From Bdellovibrionaceae bacterium UBA1609 (GTDB lineage Bacteria; Bdellovibrionota; Bdellovibrionia; Bdellovibrionales; UBA1609): DNA of 64,000 nucleotides. Made by a program: the position numbers and the translations under genes. The notes under the pieces were generated by a model, which ran no database searches, was not told the DNA's origin, and saw only the letters and a program-made list of their open reading frames with translations. Within the stretch, counting starts at the first letter, position 1. Every line of letters begins with the position of its first letter. Positions 1-9,940 of this stretch are shown here, one piece after another. Where the stretch lies: contig DCMZ01000012.1 in NCBI GenBank assembly GCA_002321895.1, positions 5,658-69,657 of the forward strand, given 5' to 3'.

Positions 1-333
1 GACCCAGATCCAACTGCAAACAGGGATGTAATAGGTGGCAGTAAGGCAGAAAAACAACATCACCAGGAAAGCCACTGCCCAGGGGATGTTGCCGTGTTCT
101 CGGCTCACATAGGCGACCCAGTAGAAACCAATCAAAGTGAGCAGAAAAGACGTTATCCAGCCGCCAATAAAAGCTTTTTTGGGAGATTTCTGCTCGATTA
201 AGAATATCCACAAAGGAACAAAACCAAACAAAGCGGCCCATGGAGGAAAAGGAATATAGCTGGTTCCAATAAGCATTCCTGATATGAGAGGGAGTCTGTA
301 GTCGCTGAAGAAAGTTCTGAGTCGTTGAGCCAT
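1..333 (-). CDS. lnt: Apolipoprotein N-acyltransferase (Lnt), N-terminal 111 codons only; gene continues past the left edge
   Basis: Not in the ORF track because there is no stop in the window. Reverse-strand ATG at 331-333 opens MAQRLRTFFSDYRLPLISGMLIGTSYIPFPPWAALFGFVPLWIFL...IGFYWVAY and stays open to position 1. This polytopic N-terminus with the FPPW motif is typical of Lnt. Confidence 0.5.
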   Translation of the reverse strand, partial: MAQRLRTFFSDYRLPLISGMLIGTSYIPFPPWAALFGFVPLWIFLIEQKSPKKAFIGGWITSFLLTLIGFYWVAYVSREHGNIPWAVAFLVMLFFCLTATYYIPVCSWIWV

Positions 334-417
334 AAAAAAAGCCTATCACTGTTGCCGAATCGATGAAAATGGATTTATGATTTGAATGACGTCAGGGATG
401 GACGATGAGGGGGAATT

Positions 418-1320
418 TTGGATAGGGAATTTGAAAACTTGGAGCACATTCATAATGATTTGGTGGCTCGACAGCCTCACATTAATGTTCGGTGTCCTGG
501 GTGTTTAAAGCTGTTTTCCGTTAAAACTCAGGAAATATCTGAGCCTCGGCCCCAATATCAATGTAATCAATGTAGCGATAAATTCTATCTTATGTTTCCA
601 GAGTGTCTGGGCATTGGGGAGATTGTTGGCTTCCCGATGCATCTCAAAGTGGAGTCCATGTCGGGGCCTGATGACGCATCAGGCAATCATGAGGTGGATG
701 TGTTCGATGCTTCTATGCAGTCGGCGGAATCCCTATCGGCCCTCAATGTAGACAGGGTGGAAGAGGAAAGCCTGCCTGAGCGTGAGGATCCGCTGGTTCA
801 CACACCTCAATTTCATTGCCCAAGATGTGAAGCACCTCGAAAGGGCGGAGAAAAAGAATGTAAATCCTGCGGGGTCATTTTTGATAAAATTAAAATTTTA
901 GAGGAAGCCCAAAGACCGAATTATCCCACCAATCAAAAGCTCAACGCCAGTTGGGATGGTGTGATGAACCACTATGAAGACGAAGATGTTCATGATGTAT
1001 TTGTGGAGAGTTGCCAAAGGGAAGGTCAGTTAGATTTTGCTGCCTACAAGTATCGAAGAATTTTAAATGCTCATGCCGGGGACGAAATCGCCAATAAAAT
1101 GATGCGAAAGATTGAAGAGGTCGCTTTGGCCACTTCGGGTCTTTCGGCCCATCAAAAGCGTCCGTCCAAAAAAACACGTTTTCGTTGGACTACGATTTTA
1201 GCAGCCATCGGAATTGCATTGATTGGTATGGGCTATGGCATCGACCCATTACGTAATTTAATGGGCGTGGGAATGGCTATTTTGTTTTTTAGTTTAACTC
1301 TTCGCTATTATTTTAGATAA
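418..1320 (+). CDS. Hypothetical membrane-anchored protein with two CxxC...CxxC zinc-ribbon motifs
   Basis: 300-aa ORF with a TTG start (uncertain). Zinc ribbons: CPGC..(x)..CNQC and CPRC..(x)..CKSC. C-terminal hydrophobic hairpin TTILAAIGIALIGMGYG...MGVGMAILFFSLTL. Confidence 0.5.
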   Translation: MDREFENLEHIHNDLVARQPHINVRCPGCLKLFSVKTQEISEPRPQYQCNQCSDKFYLMFPECLGIGEIVGFPMHLKVESMSGPDDASGNHEVDVFDASMQSAESLSALNVDRVEEESLPEREDPLVHTPQFHCPRCEAPRKGGEKECKSCGVIFDKIKILEEAQRPNYPTNQKLNASWDGVMNHYEDEDVHDVFVESCQREGQLDFAAYKYRRILNAHAGDEIANKMMRKIEEVALATSGLSAHQKRPSKKTRFRWTTILAAIGIALIGMGYGIDPLRNLMGVGMAILFFSLTLRYYFR

Positions 1321-1323
1321 GTC

Positions 1324-2697
1324 TTAGATACCTTGCGCTCGAGCTGGTTTTTCTGCAATTCGCTTTTGTGAATTGGTTTTCTGTACATGGTTGAGTAGTG
1401 CGGAACCAAAACCTGAAATAGATCCCTCATTACCCACGGAAGTTTCAGCCACTTGCCTTTCCGAAGAAAATTGGCTGGATTTCATACTTGCTGTATTTTC
1501 TGCACGAACACCTGTTACACCCATGCCTTGATCTAATATGGTCAGCGCTCGATAGGTATTTATTTTTCTTTTGTATCGTGTTTTGCTCGCCAATGAAGGT
1601 TCTACGTCGCCAGTATGTTTAAGGTACTTAATGATTTGCGGAGCTCGTAGATCTGCATTGTTGGCTTTTATTAGAGCCGCAACTCCGCTGACAAAGGCTG
1701 TGGCCTGCGAGGTTCCAGTCATAACGCCGTAACCACCTTTGTCTCTAGGAAGAGTTGAGTAAATGTCATTTCCAGGAGCGGCGATATCTACCGTTTTCAC
1801 TCCGAAGTTACTGGAGGAAAGGACATTTTTTCTACGATCGATAGCCGTCACTGAAATAATATTATCTAAGTCGTAATCGGCCGGGTAGTAGCCCTTCACG
1901 TCAGAGTTGGAACTTTCATTGCCGGCGGCGGCAACAACTAAGATTCCTTTTTCTTTCGCCTTTTTGATGACAGCTTCTTCTTGGGGACTCTTTTCTAGTC
2001 CTCCACCTGAGTAGTTAATTATATCTGCGCCCATATCAATGGCGTACTCAAAGGCCCGAATGGTATTTTTTAGGTTGTTGTTCGATGTGGATTTTGGATC
2101 GTAATACTTTAAAATCATAAGACTTACTTTTGGAGCGATCCCAGTGATTCCAATTTTATTGCCGCCGACTGCGCCAATGATGCCCGCAATATGAGTTCCA
2201 TGGCCGTGGTTATCAGTCAGGTCAGCATTGTTATCTACAAAATTCCATCCATGAATATCGCCACGGAATCCAAATTTATCATTTCGTCTTTCATCGGGGT
2301 TCACCCAAAGGTTTGCTCGAATGTCCGGGTGATTAACGTCGATGCCTGTATCGATAACGGCCACAACCACTTTCTTGGAACCTTGGGTAACACTCCAAGC
2401 TTTGGCCGCATCTGTTTGAGCTAAACCCCAGTTTTGATTGATATTGGGATCATTCATTAACACCATGGTTTCACGAGATGTAGATGAAGATTCAAGTTCT
2501 CCAAAGTTTTGAGAGCGATTGGCATAGTTGCCATCATCATTAACACGGATTTCAAAATCTCCGGCTGAATCTTCCACCTGGCTGTGTGAGCTGTGGGCGA
2601 CAATTTCGGATTGTCTATTGGAGGTCACATGAATGAGGGCGAGCCCACACATAACTACCATTAAAGCCATTGCACTGAATAATCGGTTTAAATTCAT
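1324..2697 (-). CDS. Secreted subtilisin-like serine protease (peptidase S8)
   Basis: Signal peptide MNLNRLFSAMALMVVMCGLALI. Catalytic triad motifs VAVIDTGID (Asp), HGTHIAGIIGA (His), GTSQATAFVSGVAAL (Ser). Confidence 0.9.
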   Translation of the reverse strand: MNLNRLFSAMALMVVMCGLALIHVTSNRQSEIVAHSSHSQVEDSAGDFEIRVNDDGNYANRSQNFGELESSSTSRETMVLMNDPNINQNWGLAQTDAAKAWSVTQGSKKVVVAVIDTGIDVNHPDIRANLWVNPDERRNDKFGFRGDIHGWNFVDNNADLTDNHGHGTHIAGIIGAVGGNKIGITGIAPKVSLMILKYYDPKSTSNNNLKNTIRAFEYAIDMGADIINYSGGGLEKSPQEEAVIKKAKEKGILVVAAAGNESSNSDVKGYYPADYDLDNIISVTAIDRRKNVLSSSNFGVKTVDIAAPGNDIYSTLPRDKGGYGVMTGTSQATAFVSGVAALIKANNADLRAPQIIKYLKHTGDVEPSLASKTRYKRKINTYRALTILDQGMGVTGVRAENTASMKSSQFSSERQVAETSVGNEGSISGFGSALLNHVQKTNSQKRIAEKPARAQGI

Positions 2698-2847
2698 GTT
2701 TTCCCCTTTACCGCTTCACACTTAATAGAGCAAGGGGAGTGCCATGGCATGAACAGCATAAGGTATTGAAATCACTATGCAATCGTGTGTTATCTTGAGA
2801 CGGGTATGGTTACTTGTTAGGGAGTTGTCAAAGAGTTAGACAGGGAC

Positions 2848-5058
2848 TTAATCGCCCTGTTTTTCGACCTGTGCCACCTTCAATTGTAGCGGCCAATGTG
2901 GAAAGGCAATGGGCTGTGAGGGTTGTCCTAGGGCTTGGTAAAAAATCATATTCCGCATAACCAGTCGAACATAGCTTCGAGTTTCACTGTAGGGGATATC
3001 TTCTATGAACTCTATTGAATCGCCACGGTAACGTGTTCGCATCCATCCCTGAATGGCTTTCTCACTAGCATTGTAGGCCGCTACAGAGGGGATGAATTGT
3101 GAGTCGTTGCGTTTAAGCAAGCGATTTAAGAATGAGGCACCCAAAGGGATATTGACTTCAGGCTTGTAGAGGTCACTGGTCTTTTCCATGGGGATGGCAT
3201 GTTCGGCAGCCATCATCTTGCCCACTTTGGGCAGGAGCTGCATTAAGCCAAAGGCATCCGCAGGGCTTCTCGCATATTCATTAAAAGCAGATTCTTGTCG
3301 AATGATGGCATAAATCAATTCCGCAGGAACATTAAATTTTTGGCTGGCATTTTCTACCATTTGCAGGTGAGGGCGTGGGAACACCAATTCAGGATATTCG
3401 TTTAAAAACCGTTCTCTGTCTTTTCCCGACAGGCCACCCAATTGTTTAAACAGATTTAAGTATTCGCCATTTTTGGCGTAGTAAGAAAAAAGCTCTAGCC
3501 AATCATTGTTAGTGGCTTTTTCTGATTGTCTGAGTTGGCGGGCAACATGATTGAGGTATCTTCCGCCCACATCATTTTCATCAACGGCCACCAACCACTC
3601 AATATAAGCTTTGTTAAAAAAACCATATTTTGAGGTGTCGTCAAAAAACATGTTTGCTAATTTTTGAGTTTGCTTCAGTTGAATCGGGTGGCCCAGAGCA
3701 CGCTTGGCTAGCAGGCCATAGTACCCCATTGAGTCTTCACCAGATAGAATTCGAAACTGTTCATTGGAGTCTTCAATTCGATTTGAATTTTCAAGGGCTT
3801 TTGCGAGCCAAAAGCGATAGCGAGATTTTCGAAAATCACTGGGCGTGTCCTTGATAAGTTCCTCAATAACGCCAATGACTTGTCTGTAGCGTTTAGTCTT
3901 ATAGAGGTTCCATGCTAGAAGCCACTGAATGTCTTCACGAAACTCTTCAGAGATTCCCGGTTGGTCCAAAGCATGTTCGAACCATCGGATGGCCGTATTG
4001 AAATGTCTACGTTCTTCGCGCATGCGACCTTTTAGCCAATACACTGTGGCGAGAGAGTAGGAATTTTTAAGTTGTCGTTCGAGCTTACTGAGTAGGGCTC
4101 TTGCTTTACCGGCTTGATCTTTCGTCCATAGGGATCGGACCACTCTAATTTGGGAGTCATGATACAGTTGAGTTAAGGATTTGTTTTTCTTGTTTCGAGA
4201 CCATTTCTTTTCAATAAATCGTCCATATCGATTCATGGATTCGATGTATTTAACATCGTCACGCATAAGTTTATGAGTTTTGGCGATGCCATAAATAGCT
4301 CGTGCTTTCTCGGCCACCGAAAACTTTTTATGGCTTACAATTCTTTCGTAGTAATCAATGGCGGAGGCAAAGTTACGACTTCTGCGGAGGTCATTGGCTA
4401 TTCGTAAATACTGAAGCCGACTTGGTTTTGGAGTGTATCGAGGGGCTAGTTTGTAGAGACGTGCCTCCATAGAGCTCGCCATTTCTTCATTATGTAAAAC
4501 TCTAGCCTTTTCTAAAGCCAGCTTGGTGAGGTTGACCTTTTCTCGCATTGGGAGTGCTAACTTCGACTTCTCAAAAGCAAAGCGCATGGTATCAAAATCG
4601 TCTTCTCGTATCATCGAATTGTTAAGCATGATGTTGAGCTTGCTGTTCTTAAGCCATGGATTGACTTCTGATGTGTGTAATTCGGAAAGTAAGTTGATAT
4701 CTGCAGAGAAGGGACGGCAGGTGGAGTGGGCATGAAGAAAGCTGAGTTCGTTTAATGGAAAAAGGGGATCTCTAGCGAGTTGTACCCAATGGCTGCAAGC
4801 CCTTTGCGGGTCGGTTTCATTCAATAACTCCGCCAATTTATAACGCGTGTACCAAACTTTACTTATTTGACTGGGATCTCTGAGGTTTTGTTGTTCGAGC
4901 CATTTTGTAAGGCGCTCGGAATCTGAAAAATCAAACTTTTGTATAAAGGCATGGGGAGGCATCACCTGCTTCGACGTGGGCATGTGATCTATTGTCGTAC
5001 GTCCGGTGAAAACCGTCGCCAGAGCTGCCAATGATGCTAAAACTATCCATCCCCTCAT
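2848..5058 (-). CDS. slt: Soluble lytic murein transglycosylase (Slt70-like)
   Basis: 736 aa with a signal peptide and a long helical N-terminal region. C-terminal SLT catalytic motif IIRQESAFNEYARSPADAFGLMQL...AYNAS. Confidence 0.85.
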   Translation of the reverse strand: MRGWIVLASLAALATVFTGRTTIDHMPTSKQVMPPHAFIQKFDFSDSERLTKWLEQQNLRDPSQISKVWYTRYKLAELLNETDPQRACSHWVQLARDPLFPLNELSFLHAHSTCRPFSADINLLSELHTSEVNPWLKNSKLNIMLNNSMIREDDFDTMRFAFEKSKLALPMREKVNLTKLALEKARVLHNEEMASSMEARLYKLAPRYTPKPSRLQYLRIANDLRRSRNFASAIDYYERIVSHKKFSVAEKARAIYGIAKTHKLMRDDVKYIESMNRYGRFIEKKWSRNKKNKSLTQLYHDSQIRVVRSLWTKDQAGKARALLSKLERQLKNSYSLATVYWLKGRMREERRHFNTAIRWFEHALDQPGISEEFREDIQWLLAWNLYKTKRYRQVIGVIEELIKDTPSDFRKSRYRFWLAKALENSNRIEDSNEQFRILSGEDSMGYYGLLAKRALGHPIQLKQTQKLANMFFDDTSKYGFFNKAYIEWLVAVDENDVGGRYLNHVARQLRQSEKATNNDWLELFSYYAKNGEYLNLFKQLGGLSGKDRERFLNEYPELVFPRPHLQMVENASQKFNVPAELIYAIIRQESAFNEYARSPADAFGLMQLLPKVGKMMAAEHAIPMEKTSDLYKPEVNIPLGASFLNRLLKRNDSQFIPSVAAYNASEKAIQGWMRTRYRGDSIEFIEDIPYSETRSYVRLVMRNMIFYQALGQPSQPIAFPHWPLQLKVAQVEKQGD

Positions 5059-5152
5059 TACTAGATTGTATAATGAGGGGAGGAGTTTTCACAAGTCCAA
5101 GACCCAAATTCTCAGATGGCGCCAAGCAGAAGCCCAATTACGAGATTGTTTC

Positions 5153-6037
5153 TTAATAGTTGCCTCGCTCCAGTCGAGCAATGCGCTCTTCCAAAGGCGG
5201 GTGTGTAGAGAATATTTTTGATAACAAGCCAACAGGTTTGTTGCTGATCTTTAGTGTTGCCACAGCTTTGTCGCTAGTATCTACGTAGTCCATTGTACGT
5301 TGCAGTTTTCTTAGTCCAGCGATCATCTTGTCCCGTCCAGCGAGTCGCGCGCTTCCAGCGTCGGCACGGAATTCACGCCATCTCGAAAAAGCATTAACTA
5401 CGATGGATCCCAATAGACCAAACACAGTCAAGAGGGCGTAGTAGGCAAGAAATGAGGTGGCTCCACCGCCACGATCGTCGTTACTGGCGATCATTCGACT
5501 TACAATGTGAGCGGCCAGATAAACCAAGGTGTTCATAACGCCTTGAATGAGTGTCATAGTAACCATATCACCATTGGCCACGTGAGCCACTTCGTGGGCA
5601 ATCACACCTTCCAGTTCATCTTTATCCATCGCATTTAAAATGCCACTGGATACAGCGACTAAAGAGTTGTTTTTACTGGGGCCCGTCGCAAAAGCATTGA
5701 TTTCAGGCGATTCATAAACGCCCACTTCAGGCATTTCTTTGATGCCTGCCCGTCGAGCGTGCTCGTACACCTTTTCCACGACCCAGGTCAGGCGGGGGTC
5801 ACGAGTGTTGCGATCAATAATTTGAACTCTGTGGAAAGTTTTAGCCATCCACTTTGATGCAAATAGTTGAAAGAATGAACCACCAAAGCCAAGCAGTGTA
5901 CACCAAATTATCAATCCCTGGTAGCTCGAGGTATCTACACCGAAATAAGCACCCAGGATGGAAAAAACGATTCCAAAGGTAATAACAACCACAACGTTAA
6001 CTAAAATCAGAAAAAAGGCTCTCTTTAAAAAAGTCAT
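5153..6037 (-). CDS. htpX: Membrane zinc metalloprotease HtpX (M48)
   Basis: HEVAHVANGD zinc motif, 4 TM segments and a C-terminal STHPPLEERI motif. Start trimmed to ATG 6035-6037, which is preceded by GGAGGAG; the track ORF extends to 6094. Confidence 0.9.
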   Translation of the reverse strand: MTFLKRAFFLILVNVVVVITFGIVFSILGAYFGVDTSSYQGLIIWCTLLGFGGSFFQLFASKWMAKTFHRVQIIDRNTRDPRLTWVVEKVYEHARRAGIKEMPEVGVYESPEINAFATGPSKNNSLVAVSSGILNAMDKDELEGVIAHEVAHVANGDMVTMTLIQGVMNTLVYLAAHIVSRMIASNDDRGGGATSFLAYYALLTVFGLLGSIVVNAFSRWREFRADAGSARLAGRDKMIAGLRKLQRTMDYVDTSDKAVATLKISNKPVGLLSKIFSTHPPLEERIARLERGNY

Positions 6038-6180
6038 ATACTTCTCCTCCTTAACAGGACGCAGACTTAGGTGTAAAATGGGTCCATATTCCACTTCGTC
6101 AAGGTCACTTTACAAAATATTGGTGCCCATTTGCAACAGAGTTCGGAATAATAAACCTATTGTAATATAAGGGGTTTGCA

Positions 6181-7767
6181 GTGCGTTGGCCGTTCTTTGG
6201 ATTGTCTTTTTTAATATTTTCTCTAGTTGCGATCATTAGCTACTATTGGCTGCCATTTGTTTGGACGTTGGTGGTGTTTATTCCGCTGTTTTCCGTCGGT
6301 GTGGTCGATCTTATGCAGACCAAAAGAGCGGTTCGGAGAAATTTTCCGGTTGTTGGTAACATAAGATATTTATTTGAAATGATTCGTCCTGAACTTCAAC
6401 AGTACTTTGTGGAATCAGATACGAATGGACGTCCTATAAATCGAGAGTATCGCTCTATTGTTTACCAGAGGGCAAAGGGACAGTTACAAACCAGAGCGTT
6501 TGGAACAAAAAATGATCTTTACGATGTAGATGCTGAGTGGGTGAGTCATTCCATGAACCCCACCACCATAACCCTGGACGATGTGCGCGTCGATATTGGT
6601 GGACCTCAATGTAAAAAGCCCTACAGTTGTAGTGTTTTTAATATCTCTGCAATGAGCTATGGTTCATTGAGTGCTCCAGCTGTAGAAGCCTTGAATTTGG
6701 GTGCCGCCAAAGGTGGGTTTTGTCACAATACGGGTGAAGGTGGGATTTCTCCCTATCACCTCAAAGGGGGAGACCTATGTTGGCAATTAGGTACTGCTTA
6801 TTTTGGTTGTCGTACACCAGAGGGAAACTTTTGTCCGCAGACCTTCAAAGAGAAAGCCAATTGGCCTCAAGTTAAAATGATTGAGGTAAAAATATCTCAA
6901 GGAGCAAAGCCTGGAAAGGGAGGGATGCTTCCGGGATCTAAAGTGACACCAGAAGTGGCCGAAATTCGAGGCGTGGAAGTGGGCAAGTCTGTTCTTTCTC
7001 CTCCTGGTCATACAGAGTTTGATGATCCTAGAGGACTGCTTAACTTTATTGCCAAGTTACGAGAGCTATCTGGTGGTAAGCCAGTGGGCTTTAAAATTTG
7101 TATCGGTAAGAAATCGGAGTTTCTATCACTGTGCAAGGCTATGAAGGAGACCAAGATCTTACCCGATTTTATATCGGTAGATGGCTCCGAGGGTGGAACA
7201 GGAGCTGCTCCTCTAGAGTTTATAAACTCAGTGGGAATGCCCTTGAACGATGGACTTTCATTTGTTCATGACTGTCTTCGTGGATTTGATTTACGAGATG
7301 ATATAAAAATCATAGCTTCCGGAAAGGTTATAACGGCCTTCCATATGGTAAAAAAGCTTTCCTTGGGAGCTGATGTTATTAACTCAGCGAGGGGAATGAT
7401 GCTAGCCCTAGGCTGCATACATGCTTTGGCCTGTAACACAAATAAATGCCCTGTAGGAGTGACGACCAATGATCCTGAGCTTACTCGTGGGTTACACATT
7501 CCCAGTAAAGCAGAGCGAGTGGCACGTTATCATGCAGACACGGTTCATGCATTGGCAGAAATGATCGGAGCCATGGGGATAGAAAACACGGCGGAAGTGC
7601 GCCGACAGGACCTTTACAGAAGAAACGAGCAGGGGTTGGTGGAAACTTTAGATAAGCTTTATCCTTGCCTAGATGTAGGAGCTCTCATCGATCCTGAACA
7701 GGTGGCTCAGTTGTCTTCCGAATGGCAATTTCTGTTAAATCAAGCCTCAGCCGATAGGTTTTCGTAG
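6181..7767 (+). CDS. FMN-binding glutamate synthase family protein (GltB domain-2-like), membrane anchored
   Basis: N-terminal 2 TM segments, then KISQGAKPGKGGMLPG and VDGSEGGTGAAP motifs characteristic of the glutamate synthase FMN domain. GTG start. Confidence 0.8.
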   Translation: MRWPFFGLSFLIFSLVAIISYYWLPFVWTLVVFIPLFSVGVVDLMQTKRAVRRNFPVVGNIRYLFEMIRPELQQYFVESDTNGRPINREYRSIVYQRAKGQLQTRAFGTKNDLYDVDAEWVSHSMNPTTITLDDVRVDIGGPQCKKPYSCSVFNISAMSYGSLSAPAVEALNLGAAKGGFCHNTGEGGISPYHLKGGDLCWQLGTAYFGCRTPEGNFCPQTFKEKANWPQVKMIEVKISQGAKPGKGGMLPGSKVTPEVAEIRGVEVGKSVLSPPGHTEFDDPRGLLNFIAKLRELSGGKPVGFKICIGKKSEFLSLCKAMKETKILPDFISVDGSEGGTGAAPLEFINSVGMPLNDGLSFVHDCLRGFDLRDDIKIIASGKVITAFHMVKKLSLGADVINSARGMMLALGCIHALACNTNKCPVGVTTNDPELTRGLHIPSKAERVARYHADTVHALAEMIGAMGIENTAEVRRQDLYRRNEQGLVETLDKLYPCLDVGALIDPEQVAQLSSEWQFLLNQASADRFS

Positions 7768-7900
7768 GCCTATCTCGGCGATTATCCGCGGGGGTGTAAT
7801 GGTTCAATGGCCCCTGCTAAGATCCACTGTAAATATCTAGATTCAATGAAAATTATTCAGTCACCTAGAACCGTCCAAAAAACGTCAAAGCCATAGAAAG

Positions 7901-7926
7901 AATTCACTGGTTAGAGTGAATTTTTG
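7901..7926 (+). terminator. Putative rho-independent terminator
   Basis: AATTCACT-ggttag-AGTGAATT hairpin followed by a T run, 135 nt downstream of the stop at 7767. Confidence 0.4.
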
Positions 7927-8007
7927 GCTGTACTCAATCCCGTTCGATTTGGGGATGGTACGTCCATTGAAATGTCACTGTCATTAATTGTGAGTTAGGC
8001 GGAACGT

Positions 8008-9888
8008 TTGAGATTAAAAGTTTGCGTTGTTGGTTTTGCGGTGTCTCTGTTGTTGGTGTTTTCCAGTTACCAACAGCACTCTATTGTGGAAGAGTCTTTG
8101 GAATGTGCTGAGGTTCGATCGCTTGTTCATAAGTTATACGATCGGCATGTGGAATCATTGAACTCCAGCCAAACCTTTGAAAGTTACTATTCAGAAATCT
8201 ATGATCGAGGGCTTTACGAGCTTTTAAATCGTGTGGACCCCTTCCGGGTGATTTATACCCAACCGGAGATACAATCATTTGCCTCTTTATCTAAAAGCCC
8301 ATTATTTGATTGGGTGGATAGTCCACTCACTTGTGATGACTATCTCAAATTTACTGCTCGAGCTCAGAAGAATTTGCACAAGCTCAGTCGACAACTGATT
8401 GAAGTGGTAGACAGAACACCTGTAAAAAACTTAGAGAAATTGTCTAAGGATTTTGAAAACTACCTAACGCAGAAAGATGTTTGGCCGGCGGACAATCAAC
8501 AAAGACTTTTATTGCTTAAGTCTTTGTTTGCCAGTGCATTTTTAGAAGCTTCAGAGCACGAAGCTCATCCTGAAGGTCAAAGGCGATTAGCCAAACGATT
8601 GTTTTTAAGGCGTTTTGAAGATCTGCATATAAGAACTCAGAAGGAACTTTCAAATGTAGTAATGAAGTCGGTGGTTGCCACTATGGATGCGCATAGCCGG
8701 TTTTTCACCGATGATGAATATACGGAAGCGATTCGATCCTTGATGTCCACTTTTGTGGGGGTTGGAATTGTTGTTGCTGAAGTGGATCGTGGTTACAAAG
8801 TTCTAGAGTTAATCGAAGGTGGGCCTGCAGCAGAAGAAGGGCTTTTAAAAGTTAACGATATTCTCATTCGAGTGGAAGAAGTTTCGATTGCGGGTGAGCG
8901 TCGTGAAGTATTGGCAAAGCTTCTTGCCGGTCCATCAGGATCATTGGTGAATGTTACTGTGCTTGATGGTGATGGTATTCGAGAATTAGACTTAACACGT
9001 GGGCCAGTGCGCACGGCCAGTTCAACTATTGAATATGAACTCAAGCCAGTGGGTGGAAAACTACTGGGGAGAATCAAGCTTGAGCATTTCTATACAGATG
9101 ATCGTGGAGTGGAGAGCTCTTATTCCGATTTTTCTGGCGCGCTTAAAACCTTGGTTCAGCAGGGTGCCGAGGGGCTTGTGATTGATCTTCGCGATAATGG
9201 TGGCGGTGTTCTTAGTGAAGTTGTGAATATTGCCGGTCTGTTTATCGACTCTGGTCCGATTGTGTTTGAGTATGGCACTTTAAAGCAGGGCCTTTCTACC
9301 TATGAAGACACTGATAATACTTCGCTTTTTCGCGGCCCTCTAGTGGTGTTGGTGAATGAGAATTCGGCCAGTGCGGCTGAGATCCTTGCAGGGGTTCTGA
9401 AAACCTATCGACGAGCTGTGATTGTAGGATCAGAGCAAACCTATGGTAAAGGCACCATTCAGGAAATTGGTCCCATCCAAAATATTTCAGACAGTACGTC
9501 TATAGGTGGGGGAGTTAAACTCACTGTAGGTTATTATTATCTTCCCAATGGAGAGTCTGTTCAGTTTGATGGAGTGAAGCCTGATATTAAGGTTTCGGAT
9601 TTAGATACGAGCCTAGAGTTAGAGAGAAATCTGCCAATGGCATTGGAAAAGCCAGTGGACATTGGGTTGGAGTTTAAGCCTTACACTCCATGGATGAATT
9701 CTAAACAGTTTGGCAACTTGGTAGATTTTGTTTCGGCTGATCAGAAGGCGCAAAAGCTACTTGAGATCGATGCGGAGGGAACACAAAAGGATTCGCCTCT
9801 AAATACGGCTTACCAAACTCTTTCCGGAGCTGTGGACTACTTTAAGCTCTATTTGCCAGGGTTAGTGGCGGCCAAAGCTGAGAAGTGA
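8008..9888 (+). CDS. Carboxy-terminal processing (tail-specific) protease, peptidase S41 with PDZ domain
   Basis: Signal peptide. PDZ-like GVGIVVAEVDRGYKVLELIEGGPAAEEG. S41 core DLRDNGGG and VLVNENSASAAEILAGVLK...GKGT. Confidence 0.85.
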   Translation: MRLKVCVVGFAVSLLLVFSSYQQHSIVEESLECAEVRSLVHKLYDRHVESLNSSQTFESYYSEIYDRGLYELLNRVDPFRVIYTQPEIQSFASLSKSPLFDWVDSPLTCDDYLKFTARAQKNLHKLSRQLIEVVDRTPVKNLEKLSKDFENYLTQKDVWPADNQQRLLLLKSLFASAFLEASEHEAHPEGQRRLAKRLFLRRFEDLHIRTQKELSNVVMKSVVATMDAHSRFFTDDEYTEAIRSLMSTFVGVGIVVAEVDRGYKVLELIEGGPAAEEGLLKVNDILIRVEEVSIAGERREVLAKLLAGPSGSLVNVTVLDGDGIRELDLTRGPVRTASSTIEYELKPVGGKLLGRIKLEHFYTDDRGVESSYSDFSGALKTLVQQGAEGLVIDLRDNGGGVLSEVVNIAGLFIDSGPIVFEYGTLKQGLSTYEDTDNTSLFRGPLVVLVNENSASAAEILAGVLKTYRRAVIVGSEQTYGKGTIQEIGPIQNISDSTSIGGGVKLTVGYYYLPNGESVQFDGVKPDIKVSDLDTSLELERNLPMALEKPVDIGLEFKPYTPWMNSKQFGNLVDFVSADQKAQKLLEIDAEGTQKDSPLNTAYQTLSGAVDYFKLYLPGLVAAKAEK

Positions 9889-9940
9889 TCCGGTCGTCTT
9901 GTTTTAGCTCAACACAGGCGACGGACTTTTCTCCCAGCGT

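Noticed and set aside
5153-6094. Extended N-termini in several track ORFs: htpX to 6094, clpA to 12286, dnaJ from 14641, the lipase to 24248, cytochrome c to 38021, 35377-36621, 42751, 41252, 56530-57033 and 50872.
   Set aside because: Internal starts with good SD sequences give canonical N-termini or signal peptides and remove overlaps with neighbouring genes. I trimmed the coordinates accordingly.
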